A stretch of DNA of 64,000 nt from Candidatus Saccharimonadota bacterium (GTDB lineage Bacteria > Patescibacteriota > Saccharimonadia > CAILAD01 > BJGX01). A model generated the notes under the pieces. The model was not told the origin of the DNA and made no database searches. It saw only the letters and a program-made list of their open reading frames with translations. The position numbers and the translations under genes are program-made. The stretch lies in NCBI GenBank assembly GCA_035329105.1, contig DAOLHK010000002.1:5557-69556 (forward strand), read 5' to 3'. This document shows positions 49,073-59,601 of this stretch, piece after piece (the first letter of the stretch is position 1; every line of letters begins with the position of its first letter).

Positions 49073-50251
49073 CTAACGTAGGTATCGACCGCAGTTGGGC
49101 CAGGGGCTAGCGCCACGACGTCTATATGTATCGAGTGCTTTGGCGTCTTGTACGCTAGGTGGTGCATCAGCAGGATCTCTGTAGCCACCGTAATTATTCC
49201 AGGTAGCAAAGTCAAACTGATATGCTCCTCTATATAGCGGGTTGCGTTTGCTAGCATAATCACCACCTGATTCACAGAAGCGTAGCTTGACCCAGCCCTC
49301 TGAACTAGTGATGTTGGTAGGACCTACTACTACCACCTTGGATACTGGAGCTACTATCTCTTTTTCTTCTAGAACTGCTCTAGATTGCTCTACACCATCT
49401 TGAGTTGTCACGAGATATTTCTTGATTCTTTTACCAGGAGTGCCTGGATTTTGAACTTCACTGAATCCAACTGGCTTGGTGTAGTCTACATTTTGCACTA
49501 CTGACGGTTCGATAGCTATTTCTTCTGTGATGATCTCTTGAGAGAGTCTGCTGACTACTATTCGCATGTTCTTTTGAAGCGGAGTATCGAGTGAAGTACT
49601 AGTAATATCTTGAGGCTTGATATCCAACTTCTTCTCTTCGAAAAGTTGTCCGACTGTTTTTTGATGTGTTCTAAACTCAAACACTTGACCCGCCAAGACT
49701 ACAGTAACTGGAGTAGCTCTCTGGATGATTAGTCTTTGACCTACTGACTTATCCTCTATAAATTCATCAACTCTATCTGAGCTTACTATATCTTCTGGAT
49801 ATAGCTCTATACCAGCTTGTTCAATAACTTTCTTGGGGCTTCTGTAGCCAGATGTAGTAGAAATCCTTTCATCTCCGTCTACTACCAGATAACTAAATGA
49901 TCTATATACATTGATATTGGTCACGCCTCTTGCGATCTGGGTATCTAGCGATGGCTCCACTACATCACCTTTTTGGAGCACTACCCCCATCTTATCTAAG
50001 GCTTCTTGTACGGTTGTAGCACTAGTAGCTACTGTTTTGTTCTGCCCGTCATAGTATACACTGACTAGATTTTGACCATCAGCTATAGCAGTAGTTTTGG
50101 TGGTAAACTGATCATTTGACCAAGATATACTGCTCAAAATAAACAAAAAAACCACTACTAGTACTATCATGCCCCTCTTGATAGTGTATGGTTTTGGTTT
50201 ACTTAGTATTCTATTTTTATTATTTACTCGGTTATTTGCCGAGCTATGCAA
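49073..50251 (-). CDS. RpfB-like protein (DUF348 repeats, G5, Rpf transglycosylase domain)
   Basis: W..L..CESGG, Y.GAYQF...TW, Q...A..., PWP.CG Rpf motifs; G..G G5 domain; adjacent to rsmA. Confidence 0.88.
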   Translation of the reverse strand: MHSSANNRVNNKNRILSKPKPYTIKRGMIVLVVVFLFILSSISWSNDQFTTKTTAIADGQNLVSVYYDGQNKTVATSATTVQEALDKMGVVLQKGDVVEPSLDTQIARGVTNINVYRSFSYLVVDGDERISTTSGYRSPKKVIEQAGIELYPEDIVSSDRVDEFIEDKSVGQRLIIQRATPVTVVLAGQVFEFRTHQKTVGQLFEEKKLDIKPQDITSTSLDTPLQKNMRIVVSRLSQEIITEEIAIEPSVVQNVDYTKPVGFSEVQNPGTPGKRIKKYLVTTQDGVEQSRAVLEEKEIVAPVSKVVVVGPTNITSSEGWVKLRFCESGGDYASKRNPLYRGAYQFDFATWNNYGGYRDPADAPPSVQDAKALDTYRRRGASPWPNCGRYLR

Positions 50252-50392
50252 CTTTGGTAAAATATCTGCCCCACTTATTTAATTACTAAAGCAAGTGATT
50301 TTGTTTTTGTTTTACCTTAACTCAATTCTAATAGTTATGCTTGGGGCTGTCAATCTTGACTCGAACAAATATTGTGCTCATATATAGGTGAT

Positions 50393-52543
50393 TTATATTT
50401 TTCTGATTTGAGCGAAGTTGAGGTTGAGTGTTTTTGAACCTACTTTTTCAAAATCTATCACAGCCTCTAGTTCATCGAGCTGGCTCACTATGCCATTCCC
50501 AAAACTTGGATGAGACACTTTGTCACCAATATTGAGTCGAGGTATATCTTCGAAAGGCTCAAATTCTGGATCTTTTATGGACTGGCTGAATGCCGTGTCA
50601 TTGTAACCAGAATTGAGACCAGAGTGACTCACTAGCTCAGCCGGAATCTCAGCCAGAAATCGTGAAGCCACATTGTGCTGGGTATTGCCGTAGAGCAACC
50701 TAGCATTGGCGCTTAGCATATATAGACGCTGTTTGGCGCGAGTCATACCTACATAGCACAATCGACGCTCTTCTTCGAGTTCGCCCGGTTCAAAAAAAGT
50801 ACGGCTATGTGGAAAAATTCCTTCCTCCAAGCCTGTAATAAATACTGTATCAAATTCCAGTCCCTTGGCAGCATGCATCGTCATAAGAGTCACTGCTCCA
50901 CTACTATCTCGTAAATTGTCCAGATCGGATATTAGTGAAATTTCGGTCAAGAATTCTTCCAAGCTCAGATTGTTGTATTCTTTGGCTACACTCAATAGCT
51001 CCCGGACATTTTCCACCCGCTCACTGGAGCTAATACTACCGTCGTCTAGATAGTCTATATAACCGGATCTATTGATGACCAGCTCTATGAGGTCACTTAC
51101 TACTAGTGTTTTGGAAGCTTCTTGTAGTTCATTGATCAATCTCGCAAAGCTAGCAAAACTATTGGCAGCCTTAGAGCTCAAGCCATCTATGACGCTTGCT
51201 TGAGCTAGACACTCTAGGATAGGTATCTCATATTTGGCGCTATAGTCAGTAAATATTTGCAAACTTTTCTGACCCAACCCTCGTGGAGGTAGATTGACTA
51301 TACGATTGAATGACACCAAGTCGTTGGGCTGAAAAATAAATCTCAGATACGCCAAAGTATCCTTAATCTCTTTGCGTTCATAGAACCTCACCCCACCGAT
51401 GATTTGATAGGCTACCCCATAGCGCAGGAATGATTCTTCCAGTGTACGTGATTGCGCATTGGTACGATACAATACTGCAAAATCGTGCAAAGACAATCTC
51501 GAGTCTTTCTTGATAAGTTCTTGAATAGTTTGAATAATATACCGACCTTCCTCGAGCTCGTCTCTGACATGTACTATTTGCACAGGATCACCCTGCTGGG
51601 CATTGGTCCACAGCTTCTTATCGCTTCTAGCAGTATTTCTACTAATCACTGCTCCTGCTGCATCTAGTATGATTTGAGTACTGCGATAATTCCGTTCGAG
51701 CTTGACTATCTTGGCTTCCGGATAATCTTTCTCGAAGTTGAGGATATTCTCATAATTGGCACCGCGCCAAGAGTAAATACTTTGCCAGTCATCGCCTACT
51801 ACGCAGATATTTTGATGCTTTTTTGCCAGGAGCTGTATAAGTCTATATTGAGCGTGATTGGTATCTTGATACTCATCGACCATGATGTATTTGAATTGAT
51901 TTTGGTATTTCTGTCGAATATCATCTTTCTCGGCCAGTAAAAGTGTAAGCCTCATGATGAGATCATCGAAGTCTAGTGCACCAGCCTTTTGCAGCTCGAG
52001 CTGATAAGTAGGGTATATCTCAGCTGCAATCTCTTGCATGCGTCCAGTTGCAAATTGCTTGTATTCACCTGGACCGATAAGTTCATTTTTGGCACCTGAT
52101 ATGACATTGGCGATACCGCTTGGAGTGACTTGCTTCTCATCTAGATGCATTTTCTTGATAATAGTCTTGATAAGCGCATGGCTATCCCCCGAATCATATA
52201 TCAAGAAATTACTGCTAAAGCCTATTTCGGCAGCTTCACGACGTAGTATCCTATTGGCGATGGAGTGAAAAGTCCCCAAAAAAGGCATGTACTGAGTGTT
52301 GTCTTCATCGAATTTGAGTAGTCGTGCAACTCTGCGGCGCATCTCTCCTGCAGCTTTGTTGGTAAATGTAACTGCCAATATGTTGGCAGGGTCAATCTTT
52401 TTCTCTTGCACAAGATACGCCAAGCGATGCGTGAGAGTCTTGGTCTTACCACTACCTGCCCCAGCTAACATCAGTACTGGCCCGTCGGTGGCTAGCACTG
52501 CTTCACGTTGCTCGGTATTTAGATCTTCTAATACTTTTAGCAT
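50393..52543 (-). CDS. pcrA: UvrD/PcrA DNA helicase
   Basis: AGAGSGKT, TFTNKAA, VDEYQD, VGD..QSIY..RGA, H.AKGLEF, EERRL.YV..TRA. Confidence 0.95.
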   Translation of the reverse strand: MLKVLEDLNTEQREAVLATDGPVLMLAGAGSGKTKTLTHRLAYLVQEKKIDPANILAVTFTNKAAGEMRRRVARLLKFDEDNTQYMPFLGTFHSIANRILRREAAEIGFSSNFLIYDSGDSHALIKTIIKKMHLDEKQVTPSGIANVISGAKNELIGPGEYKQFATGRMQEIAAEIYPTYQLELQKAGALDFDDLIMRLTLLLAEKDDIRQKYQNQFKYIMVDEYQDTNHAQYRLIQLLAKKHQNICVVGDDWQSIYSWRGANYENILNFEKDYPEAKIVKLERNYRSTQIILDAAGAVISRNTARSDKKLWTNAQQGDPVQIVHVRDELEEGRYIIQTIQELIKKDSRLSLHDFAVLYRTNAQSRTLEESFLRYGVAYQIIGGVRFYERKEIKDTLAYLRFIFQPNDLVSFNRIVNLPPRGLGQKSLQIFTDYSAKYEIPILECLAQASVIDGLSSKAANSFASFARLINELQEASKTLVVSDLIELVINRSGYIDYLDDGSISSSERVENVRELLSVAKEYNNLSLEEFLTEISLISDLDNLRDSSGAVTLMTMHAAKGLEFDTVFITGLEEGIFPHSRTFFEPGELEEERRLCYVGMTRAKQRLYMLSANARLLYGNTQHNVASRFLAEIPAELVSHSGLNSGYNDTAFSQSIKDPEFEPFEDIPRLNIGDKVSHPSFGNGIVSQLDELEAVIDFEKVGSKTLNLNFAQIRKI

Positions 52544-52650
52544 TGTTCTATTGTACTATACCCTCTAACCATGCGGCTCAAGGCATCCATATTGCTTAAG
52601 TTTTGAATATTGTATAAAATATCAAGTAACAACTAAGCAAGGAGAAATAA

Positions 52651-53349
52651 ATGCCAGAGCCAACTGGACCAACAGAACCAATAAGTGATGACCCTTCGGT
52701 AGTGCATGAGATGCTGAATAAAGACTATAGAATGCCCGGTGATGGAAATCCAGTATCCGACGATCAAGCAGCAGAATTCGTGCAAGACCCTACTAAGGCT
52801 CATGCAATGGCTATTGCCGAAGACCCCTACAGAACTATGGAGTCCGACCTAAGAATAAAAGGAGAAAACAGATTAGCTGACATTCAGGCTGGATGGGTAA
52901 AAAGAGAAGGTGTAGCTGCGGGTGAACAATATGAAAAAGAAAAGAATGAGATATATAGCAGATATGAGGCAATGTTTAGTGAGGTATCAGATGCTATATC
53001 AATAATGCGAAGATATAAAAAAGATGCTGTCAATCTTCATGATGGTCGTATTCAAGAAAGTATTCAAGAAACAGAAATACCTGATACACTACAAATAGCA
53101 TTTGAAGAGTTTTTGGATGCGTTATTCACACCTGAAGATAAGCAAATATTTAAAGCCAATCTAAGAAAACTTCACAAAAATGGTGGCATGGGTTTTCCAA
53201 AATTTATAAGAGGAAGTTTTGAGGTACCTACTAAGCTTGGTTATAACATCAAGGTAGCTAGATTTGTACCTGATAATGACGATCCTAATATTTACAGCCT
53301 AACAAAGCCAACCTATGCTATTGCATTGGTCAATCGAGAAAAGAAATAA
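52651..53349 (+). CDS. Hypothetical protein
   Basis: AAGGAG SD; 232-aa ORF. Confidence 0.7.
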   Translation: MPEPTGPTEPISDDPSVVHEMLNKDYRMPGDGNPVSDDQAAEFVQDPTKAHAMAIAEDPYRTMESDLRIKGENRLADIQAGWVKREGVAAGEQYEKEKNEIYSRYEAMFSEVSDAISIMRRYKKDAVNLHDGRIQESIQETEIPDTLQIAFEEFLDALFTPEDKQIFKANLRKLHKNGGMGFPKFIRGSFEVPTKLGYNIKVARFVPDNDDPNIYSLTKPTYAIALVNREKK

Positions 53350-53390
53350 TACTTTTCTAAAATTCCTAGTTTTCGAGCTCAATTTTGAGT

Positions 53391-53912
53391 CTAATTTGAA
53401 GTAAGTTTTGTATCTTGCAGTATCATATCTACAGTTTGATCCAAAGAATATTCTTCAGGAATGATCTTTTCAAAGCTATGTCCATAAGATGGAGTCTCAA
53501 AATACCATTCCTTCATCTCATCAGAGCCAAACTCATGCTTTTTGTCACGAGTTTTGTGCCTGTGAAGTGATTCCTCGAATGATATATTGTAATAATACAT
53601 AAAGTTGTTGGATGGATGTTGTTTGAATAATTCTTCAAACATAGTCTGATATACACTATTACTAAAATTACCTTCTACGATACAGTCATATCCCTGACCT
53701 AGTAATTCTAGAGTATTAGAAGCAATCATTTTCATCTGCAAACTTTTTCGTGTGCTCGACTCTATATCTATATTTGGGCTTATTAGTTCATTCTTATAAT
53801 AATCTTGCTCCACGATAAATAATGGCTTTTGCACTATTTTTTGCAGCCTTTTGGCAACTGTACTTTTGCCGGAACCAGATTGACCTCTTAAGACTATAAG
53901 TTTAGTTTTCAT
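53391..53912 (-). CDS. P-loop kinase (AAA_33-like)
   Basis: LRG.SGSGKST, IVEG, RH.TR. Confidence 0.8.
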   Translation of the reverse strand: MKTKLIVLRGQSGSGKSTVAKRLQKIVQKPLFIVEQDYYKNELISPNIDIESSTRKSLQMKMIASNTLELLGQGYDCIVEGNFSNSVYQTMFEELFKQHPSNNFMYYYNISFEESLHRHKTRDKKHEFGSDEMKEWYFETPSYGHSFEKIIPEEYSLDQTVDMILQDTKLTSN

Positions 53913-54029
53913 TTTGTGCTATTTATTGATTATTTAATAGGGTGTTCTACATAATATTCAGGAGTGAGCTTGGAATTATACTTACTATATATTATTGTAC
54001 TATGATTTTTTAGAGCAAGGGACTAGATA

Positions 54030-54635
54030 TTATGGCTTCCTAAATGTAATTGTAAAAGTGTGCCAATGTTTTGGACTACCATTGGCAAGTGTACCGTTTG
54101 GGTTATCTTCTTCATCAAATTCTATAATATCCATGCCTTCAACAAGTTGCATTGCTTCTTGCTTGGTGTGAAAAGTCATTTTACTAGTAGGGACATTCCA
54201 TTCATCGTGATCCCCGAATAGTTGACCTACAAATATACCCCCTGGCTTGAGTGACTCTCTAATGCTTAGAAATACTTTATTAAAAGTATGAGGAGGGTTA
54301 AACGGCAATGCGAATTGAGCATTTACAATATCAAAATAATTCTTTGGGTACTCATACATATCGAATGCTGAACATACGAATTCAATATTTCCTGCAGTTT
54401 TGAGTTTTTGTATAAACTCTTCTGATGATTTTTCACCATCTAGAGCAATTACCCTGAACCCTTTTGACAATAAATACCTACTATCTCTACCTGCTCCACA
54501 GTCCAGATCTAATGCATTGCCACTGCGGCCAAGAATTTCAACCGCTGCTTTGAGACAATTGGCGGGCTTGAGGTCAGTAGTATTTTCATAATATATTTCC
54601 CAGGGGTCTTTGCTGCCCGGCTTCGGTTCTGGCAT
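54030..54635 (-). CDS. Class I SAM-dependent methyltransferase (TehB-like)
   Basis: LDLDCGAGRD, LPF, LKPGG.F.GQ.FG..D.W, K.WH. Confidence 0.8.
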   Translation of the reverse strand: MPEPKPGSKDPWEIYYENTTDLKPANCLKAAVEILGRSGNALDLDCGAGRDSRYLLSKGFRVIALDGEKSSEEFIQKLKTAGNIEFVCSAFDMYEYPKNYFDIVNAQFALPFNPPHTFNKVFLSIRESLKPGGIFVGQLFGDHDEWNVPTSKMTFHTKQEAMQLVEGMDIIEFDEEDNPNGTLANGSPKHWHTFTITFRKP

Positions 54636-54642
54636 AGTAGAA

Positions 54643-55170
54643 TTATTTCTTAAATTCTTTATCGTAGCGCTCTACGCATTCTTCGAAAATAACTTTGGCT
54701 TCGTCAAATCCAGCGAATCCTTTGATCTCTACAATGTCGCCTTTCAAGTCTTTGTAGTGTTCGAAATAGTGTTTGACAGCGTGCTTCCAGTGCTCAGCAA
54801 CATCATCTAGTGATTTGATATCATCATAGTGTTTGTCATCGGCTGGTACACCGATCAGCTTATTATCTACCTCCCCACTATCTACCATGTACATCACGCC
54901 TATCACTCGCGTAGGAACAATCAAGCCCATTGGCATAGGGTCGTCTGAGATGAGCAACATATCTAGCGCATCACCGTCTTCATCAAGCGTAGATGGCACA
55001 AATCCATAATCGCTCGGACTACCGAGGTGGGTTTGGTGCACTCTGTCTAGTACAAAATTACTAAGCTCCCGATCATACTCTATCTTGAGTCTACTCCCCT
55101 TGGGATTCTCAATGACTGTATTGACTACTTCGGGGGCCTTATAGCCGTATGGGATATCTAACAATGACAT
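54643..55170 (-). CDS. ppa: Inorganic pyrophosphatase (family I)
   Basis: IE.PKGS..K.E, YGF.P.T..EDGD.LD, D.GE.D.K, F..YK. Confidence 0.93.
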   Translation of the reverse strand: MSLLDIPYGYKAPEVVNTVIENPKGSRLKIEYDRELSNFVLDRVHQTHLGSPSDYGFVPSTLDEDGDALDMLLISDDPMPMGLIVPTRVIGVMYMVDSGEVDNKLIGVPADDKHYDDIKSLDDVAEHWKHAVKHYFEHYKDLKGDIVEIKGFAGFDEAKVIFEECVERYDKEFKK

Positions 55171-55227
55171 ATATTCTCCTTAATAATAGGTTGTATTATA
55201 CCTTAAAGTTTCAAAATATTTAATAGT

Positions 55228-55998
55228 CTAGGCGCTGGCTCGTACTATTTTGGCAAATTGCTTGTAATTGAGGCTTGCACCGCCTACCAATAGGCCATCT
55301 ACACCTTTGATATTGAGATATGATCTAGCATTCTCAGCATCGACACTTCCGCCATACAATGCTCGCACTTTTGATCCTGCCAGCTTGCCAAATTGCTCTA
55401 TGATATTGTTGTGGATCAACCATACCATCTCTTCTACTAAGGCAGGTTTGGCAAAGTTGCCAGTACCTATAGACCATATAGGCTCATAAGCGATTGTTAC
55501 ATTTTTGATCTCTTGACTGGTGATATGAGAAAGTCCGGTATTGAGCTGATCAAGAACTTTCTGCTTGGCGTGACCGTCACTGCGCTCTTGTTTATTTTCG
55601 CCAACACACAAGATGGGCTTGAGATGGTGTCGCACAGCTATTTGCAATTTCTTGGCATCAACAGTATCTGTCTCACTAGCATACTTGCGTCTCTCAGAAT
55701 GTCCTACTATGACATATTTGGCAATATTGCGTAGCATTGTAGCTGATATTTCACCTGTATATGCACCCTCTTCATGCTCTGAGATATTTTGTGCTCCTAG
55801 CTCGATATTGAGTGGACCTTTTGATTTTTCGAGTTCCTTAGCAAAAGCATATAGATGAGTAGCTGGTGGGCAGATAACAAGTTCTGGATATGTGAAGTTG
55901 GTGAGCTCTTTGATGATTCTCTCGAGCAACAAAGATCCTTCTGGCAAAGTAGTGTTCATCTTCCAGTTGCCTACGATAAGTTTTTGGGGGGTATTCAT
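55228..55998 (-). CDS. tpiA: Triosephosphate isomerase
   Basis: GNWKMN, GHSERR, AYEP.W.IGTG, YGGSV, LVGGASL. Confidence 0.96.
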   Translation of the reverse strand: MNTPQKLIVGNWKMNTTLPEGSLLLERIIKELTNFTYPELVICPPATHLYAFAKELEKSKGPLNIELGAQNISEHEEGAYTGEISATMLRNIAKYVIVGHSERRKYASETDTVDAKKLQIAVRHHLKPILCVGENKQERSDGHAKQKVLDQLNTGLSHITSQEIKNVTIAYEPIWSIGTGNFAKPALVEEMVWLIHNNIIEQFGKLAGSKVRALYGGSVDAENARSYLNIKGVDGLLVGGASLNYKQFAKIVRASA

Positions 55999-56011
55999 AA
56001 GCATTATTATA

Positions 56012-57544
56012 CTATATCTCTAATAGCCTTACAGTGTCTGTACCACCCACTACATTAGATTGAGTACCAAAAGCTTGTACCACCCAATCCCCGTGCTTGA
56101 GTTTTTTTTGAGCTATGAGTTTCTTGATAATACCTGAGCTGACATGTTGTTTCTTGGAAACCAAATACGGCTTGCCGCCCCACACTAACGCCATTTGATT
56201 GCACACTGTTTTGTTTGGACTAGCTATGATTACCGGTACGGGTGGGCGTAGTGCTGCTATCGATAATGCAGTAGAGCCGGTGAGAGTCTCGGCGAGTATG
56301 ATTTTGGCACCAACTTGTTCGGCTAGAGTGATTGCAGCCATACTCACACTAGTCTGTGCATCTGTAGTAGCTAGTTTGCCAGCCGATATAGGCTTACCCA
56401 GCAATTTACGTGAGCTAGTCACCATCCTTTTGACTATGCCGACTTGTTGTGAATAATCTACAGGTAGTTCTGCTGAGCCCTTGCCATTTTCTGGTATAAA
56501 ATCTATCTCAAGACGATTTTGAGCATAATAGCTTTCGGTCTTAAGTATTACTCGCTTCATGAGCTGAACTGTCTGAAGAGGATACTGGCCGGCAGCTGTT
56601 TCTCCAGAGAGCATTACGCAACTCACACCCAAACTCACGGCGCTTGCAATGTCATTGACTTCGGCACGAGTGGGCTGAGGACTAGATATCATACTCTCTA
56701 GCATTTGAGTGGCCATGATGACAGGCTTCTTGTATGTACGAGCCAGCTGGATGATTTCTCTACCAATGAGTGGCACATCTTCATTGCTAGTCTCTACAGC
56801 GAGATCGCCTCTAGCTATCATGACTGCATCCGTAGCTGCAACTATCTCCTCTAGATTCTTAGTGGCTGTTCTAGTCTCTATTTTGGCAATTATCTTGGCT
56901 TGAGATTTGTTGTTAGCTAGTAATGTCCTAAGGTGCTTTATGTCGTTGGCAGTTTGCACAAAGCTAAGTGCCACATAATCCACATCATTTTGATACACAA
57001 ATTCAAGATCTGTCATGTCTTTTGGAGTCAGTATCTCCTTGGAGTCAAATACTGTGTCGGGTAGATTGATACCGTGATTGCTAGAAACTTTACCAGAATT
57101 GAGAACTTCGGCTGTTATTTGTTTGTTGGCGGTAGATATCACCCTAGATTCGATAGTGCCATCGCGCAGCATGATGCTATCGCCTTTTTTCACCAAATGA
57201 GTGAAGTCGTATTGGATAGGTAGATGTCCATCGGCACATTTATTATCAGTGCAGAATACTATCTTTTGCCCAGCCTGAAGCTCTACAGTCTTGGAGCTCA
57301 AAACACCCAATCTTATCTTGGGGCCTTGTAAGTCAGCTATTACTGCTACTGACCTATCTAGCTTCTTGGCAGCTTCTCGAGACTTCTTTATCACATTGGC
57401 ATGCCATGCGTGAGTATTGTGACTTAGATTGAGCCTTACGCCATTGACTCCAGCACCCAATAACGACTCTAGCTTCTCTTCAGAAGCTGGTCCAATAGTG
57501 GCTATTATCTTGGTGCGCTTAAAAGTAGATGCATCTGTGCTCAT
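56012..57544 (-). CDS. pyk: Pyruvate kinase
   Basis: RTKIIATIGPA, DLQGPKIR, AKIE, ARGDL, ATQMLESM, MLSGETA. Confidence 0.96.
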   Translation of the reverse strand: MSTDASTFKRTKIIATIGPASEEKLESLLGAGVNGVRLNLSHNTHAWHANVIKKSREAAKKLDRSVAVIADLQGPKIRLGVLSSKTVELQAGQKIVFCTDNKCADGHLPIQYDFTHLVKKGDSIMLRDGTIESRVISTANKQITAEVLNSGKVSSNHGINLPDTVFDSKEILTPKDMTDLEFVYQNDVDYVALSFVQTANDIKHLRTLLANNKSQAKIIAKIETRTATKNLEEIVAATDAVMIARGDLAVETSNEDVPLIGREIIQLARTYKKPVIMATQMLESMISSPQPTRAEVNDIASAVSLGVSCVMLSGETAAGQYPLQTVQLMKRVILKTESYYAQNRLEIDFIPENGKGSAELPVDYSQQVGIVKRMVTSSRKLLGKPISAGKLATTDAQTSVSMAAITLAEQVGAKIILAETLTGSTALSIAALRPPVPVIIASPNKTVCNQMALVWGGKPYLVSKKQHVSSGIIKKLIAQKKLKHGDWVVQAFGTQSNVVGGTDTVRLLEI

Positions 57545-57599
57545 ATATCTATGATACATCAGACCACAAGCATTATTCTAGATATTGTAATATGTATTA

Positions 57600-58265
57600 T
57601 TATAGACCCACAGCGGTGGCAACAGTTTTTTCTTGTCCATCTTCAGTCTGAGCAAATATGCCTAGGTCAGTAGTCCGAGTCACAACTACTGTTTCTGTGT
57701 TATCACCGTCTACTTGCACTTCTACTCCATTGTCTACTAAGGCCGCGATATTGACGTAGAATTTCTGTCCATCCTCATCTACAAAACATATATAATCGCC
57801 ATTGGCATCTTCACCCGGTACTATACTACCGCCAAGTATAGTAATGTTCTGGCTTCCAATATCTGGAGTGTTGACCTTATTGGATTCACCATCAGTACCT
57901 TCTATCCTTTGTGGGCTTGTGCGTATGTTGACCTGAGTAGCATCGAACTGAACAGGATTTCTGAGTACTCTGAGCAATGTGCCAGGTCTGATATCTTCTA
58001 TTTCAATATTGTTTGGTTGTTCACCTGTATTGTTCTGTTGTTCTACTGGATCTATAGCGCTCTCTTTGGCATTATCATAGACCAATTTACCACCACCCAG
58101 TGCAAGTCCTGCAGCAGCCAGCAAATACAATGCTCTTCTACCTCTTGACACTTTTGGTGCTGGAGGCCTTGACCTACGAGAGTCTAGTCTTGGCTCTGTT
58201 ACTCCGTGCACTTGGATATGGTCTGGGTTTGTTGGGTCAAATCGCTCATCTGGTCTTCTTGTCAT
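57600..58265 (-). CDS. Hypothetical membrane-anchored protein
   Basis: AAGGAG SD, single TM, acidic ectodomain. Confidence 0.7.
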   Translation of the reverse strand: MTRRPDERFDPTNPDHIQVHGVTEPRLDSRRSRPPAPKVSRGRRALYLLAAAGLALGGGKLVYDNAKESAIDPVEQQNNTGEQPNNIEIEDIRPGTLLRVLRNPVQFDATQVNIRTSPQRIEGTDGESNKVNTPDIGSQNITILGGSIVPGEDANGDYICFVDEDGQKFYVNIAALVDNGVEVQVDGDNTETVVVTRTTDLGIFAQTEDGQEKTVATAVGL

Positions 58266-58279
58266 ATTACTCCTTTTTA

Positions 58280-58576
58280 TTATGCTGATAATCTGGTGCC
58301 GCCGCGGGGTCCCGGGGGAGGCTTCGGACCATCTGCTTTAGCTTCTTTTTTGGCTTTAAAATCTTCAATTGAAGTCACTTTAGCCTTTTTTTTATCACTT
58401 TCTTCCACGGTACTAACTGGTTTACCACCAGTATTTGTAGCTTGGTCATAGGGCTTTTCGTCGGTAAGATCTGGGTCAACTTTAGCCCAATCATAGGGCT
58501 TAGCGCCTGCTTCAGCCAATGTTAATCTTTCGTCATTATCCACATCTCTTGATGGTGGTCCTTCGGTTGGTGGCAT
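58280..58576 (-). CDS. Small hypothetical protein
   Basis: GAGGGG SD; internal KPYD.A repeat; apparently co-transcribed with the downstream gene. Confidence 0.6.
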   Translation of the reverse strand: MPPTEGPPSRDVDNDERLTLAEAGAKPYDWAKVDPDLTDEKPYDQATNTGGKPVSTVEESDKKKAKVTSIEDFKAKKEAKADGPKPPPGPRGGTRLSA

Positions 58577-58716
58577 TTTTCCCCTCTAAAGTTATTTATA
58601 ATATATACTATACAATAATTGTTATGTTGGCAGCAAGCAAATGTTGAGTAATACCTGATATTGTGATATTATGCTATCTGTTAAACGCCTACAATAGGCC
58701 AATAAACTCAGCTGAT

Positions 58717-58791
58717 GGTCCCATCGTCTAGTGGTTAGGACACCAGGTTTTCATCCTGGCAACAGGGGTTCGACTCCCCTTGGGATCACCA
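58717..58791 (+). tRNA. tRNA-Glu(TTC)
   Basis: GGTCCCA/TGGGATC acceptor, CCAGG-TTTTCAT-CCTGG anticodon arm, CCA. Confidence 0.96.
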
Positions 58792-58811
58792 ACTGAGTTT
58801 ATCTACGTTTT

Positions 58812-58888
58812 GGCCCCGTCGTCTAGTGGCCTAGGACATCAGGTTCTCATCCTGAAGATCGCGGGTTCGAATCCCGCCGGGGTCACCA
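58812..58888 (+). tRNA. tRNA-Glu(CTC)
   Basis: GGCCCCG/CGGGGTC acceptor, TCAGG-TTCTCAT-CCTGA anticodon arm, CCA. Confidence 0.96.
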
Positions 58889-59005
58889 ATAGGATTTATT
58901 GTTTCACATAGTTATGTCAATAACTATTGATTATTTGTTACAATTGTGCTATTATATAGCCCTTGGTCGCAACCGCGACCTTGTACCCGAATAGAAAGAG
59001 CAATC

Positions 59006-59581
59006 ATGGACCTCAAGAAAGTCCACGGCGTGAACGTCCTCCGGATGTTCATGGACTGGTTCGAAGATGAGTTTTACGAAGAGTTCTACCAGCGCTTCCC
59101 CGACAAGGGGATGACGCTCGTCGTACTCGACTCGGACAACCTCATCGATCTCCAGCAGAACTGGCGCCACCCACAGGGCTTCGAGATGATCGTCGCCCAC
59201 ATCGGCGATGAGGCGATCGCCATCGCCGCGAACGGCACCTACGAGAACGTGAAGGGCAAGTTGCGCTTCGTGCTCCGCACCGGCATGGACTCGGTGATGG
59301 CCGAGACTCGGCAGGACTTCGTGCGACCGGGCGATTTCCCGTGGGAAGGTGCTGGCGAGCACGAGGGCTACATCGGTGGTGTCTCCGGACTCGCCAAGGA
59401 AGAAGACTGGGAGATGTACTGCAAGTGCGTCGACAAGCTCATCGAGCTGCTCAAGAAGGTCATCTCCAGGGCGATGGAGCGAAGCAACCAGCTGCGCAAG
59501 CTCCCCGACTGCCCCCACGGAGCCAAGTACATGTACGCCATCGATGTGTCGGATATGTTCCCCGACTACTCCGCCGCCTGA
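59006..59581 (+). CDS. GC-rich hypothetical protein, possibly GlcG/HbpS-like fold
   Basis: K....RTG..S, PGD.PW.G, GGVSGL...ED pattern; own promoter TTGATT-17-TATTAT; near-uniform C/G third codon positions. Confidence 0.6.
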   Translation: MDLKKVHGVNVLRMFMDWFEDEFYEEFYQRFPDKGMTLVVLDSDNLIDLQQNWRHPQGFEMIVAHIGDEAIAIAANGTYENVKGKLRFVLRTGMDSVMAETRQDFVRPGDFPWEGAGEHEGYIGGVSGLAKEEDWEMYCKCVDKLIELLKKVISRAMERSNQLRKLPDCPHGAKYMYAIDVSDMFPDYSAA

Positions 59582-59601
59582 TCCTCGATCCACTGGGCCT
59601 C

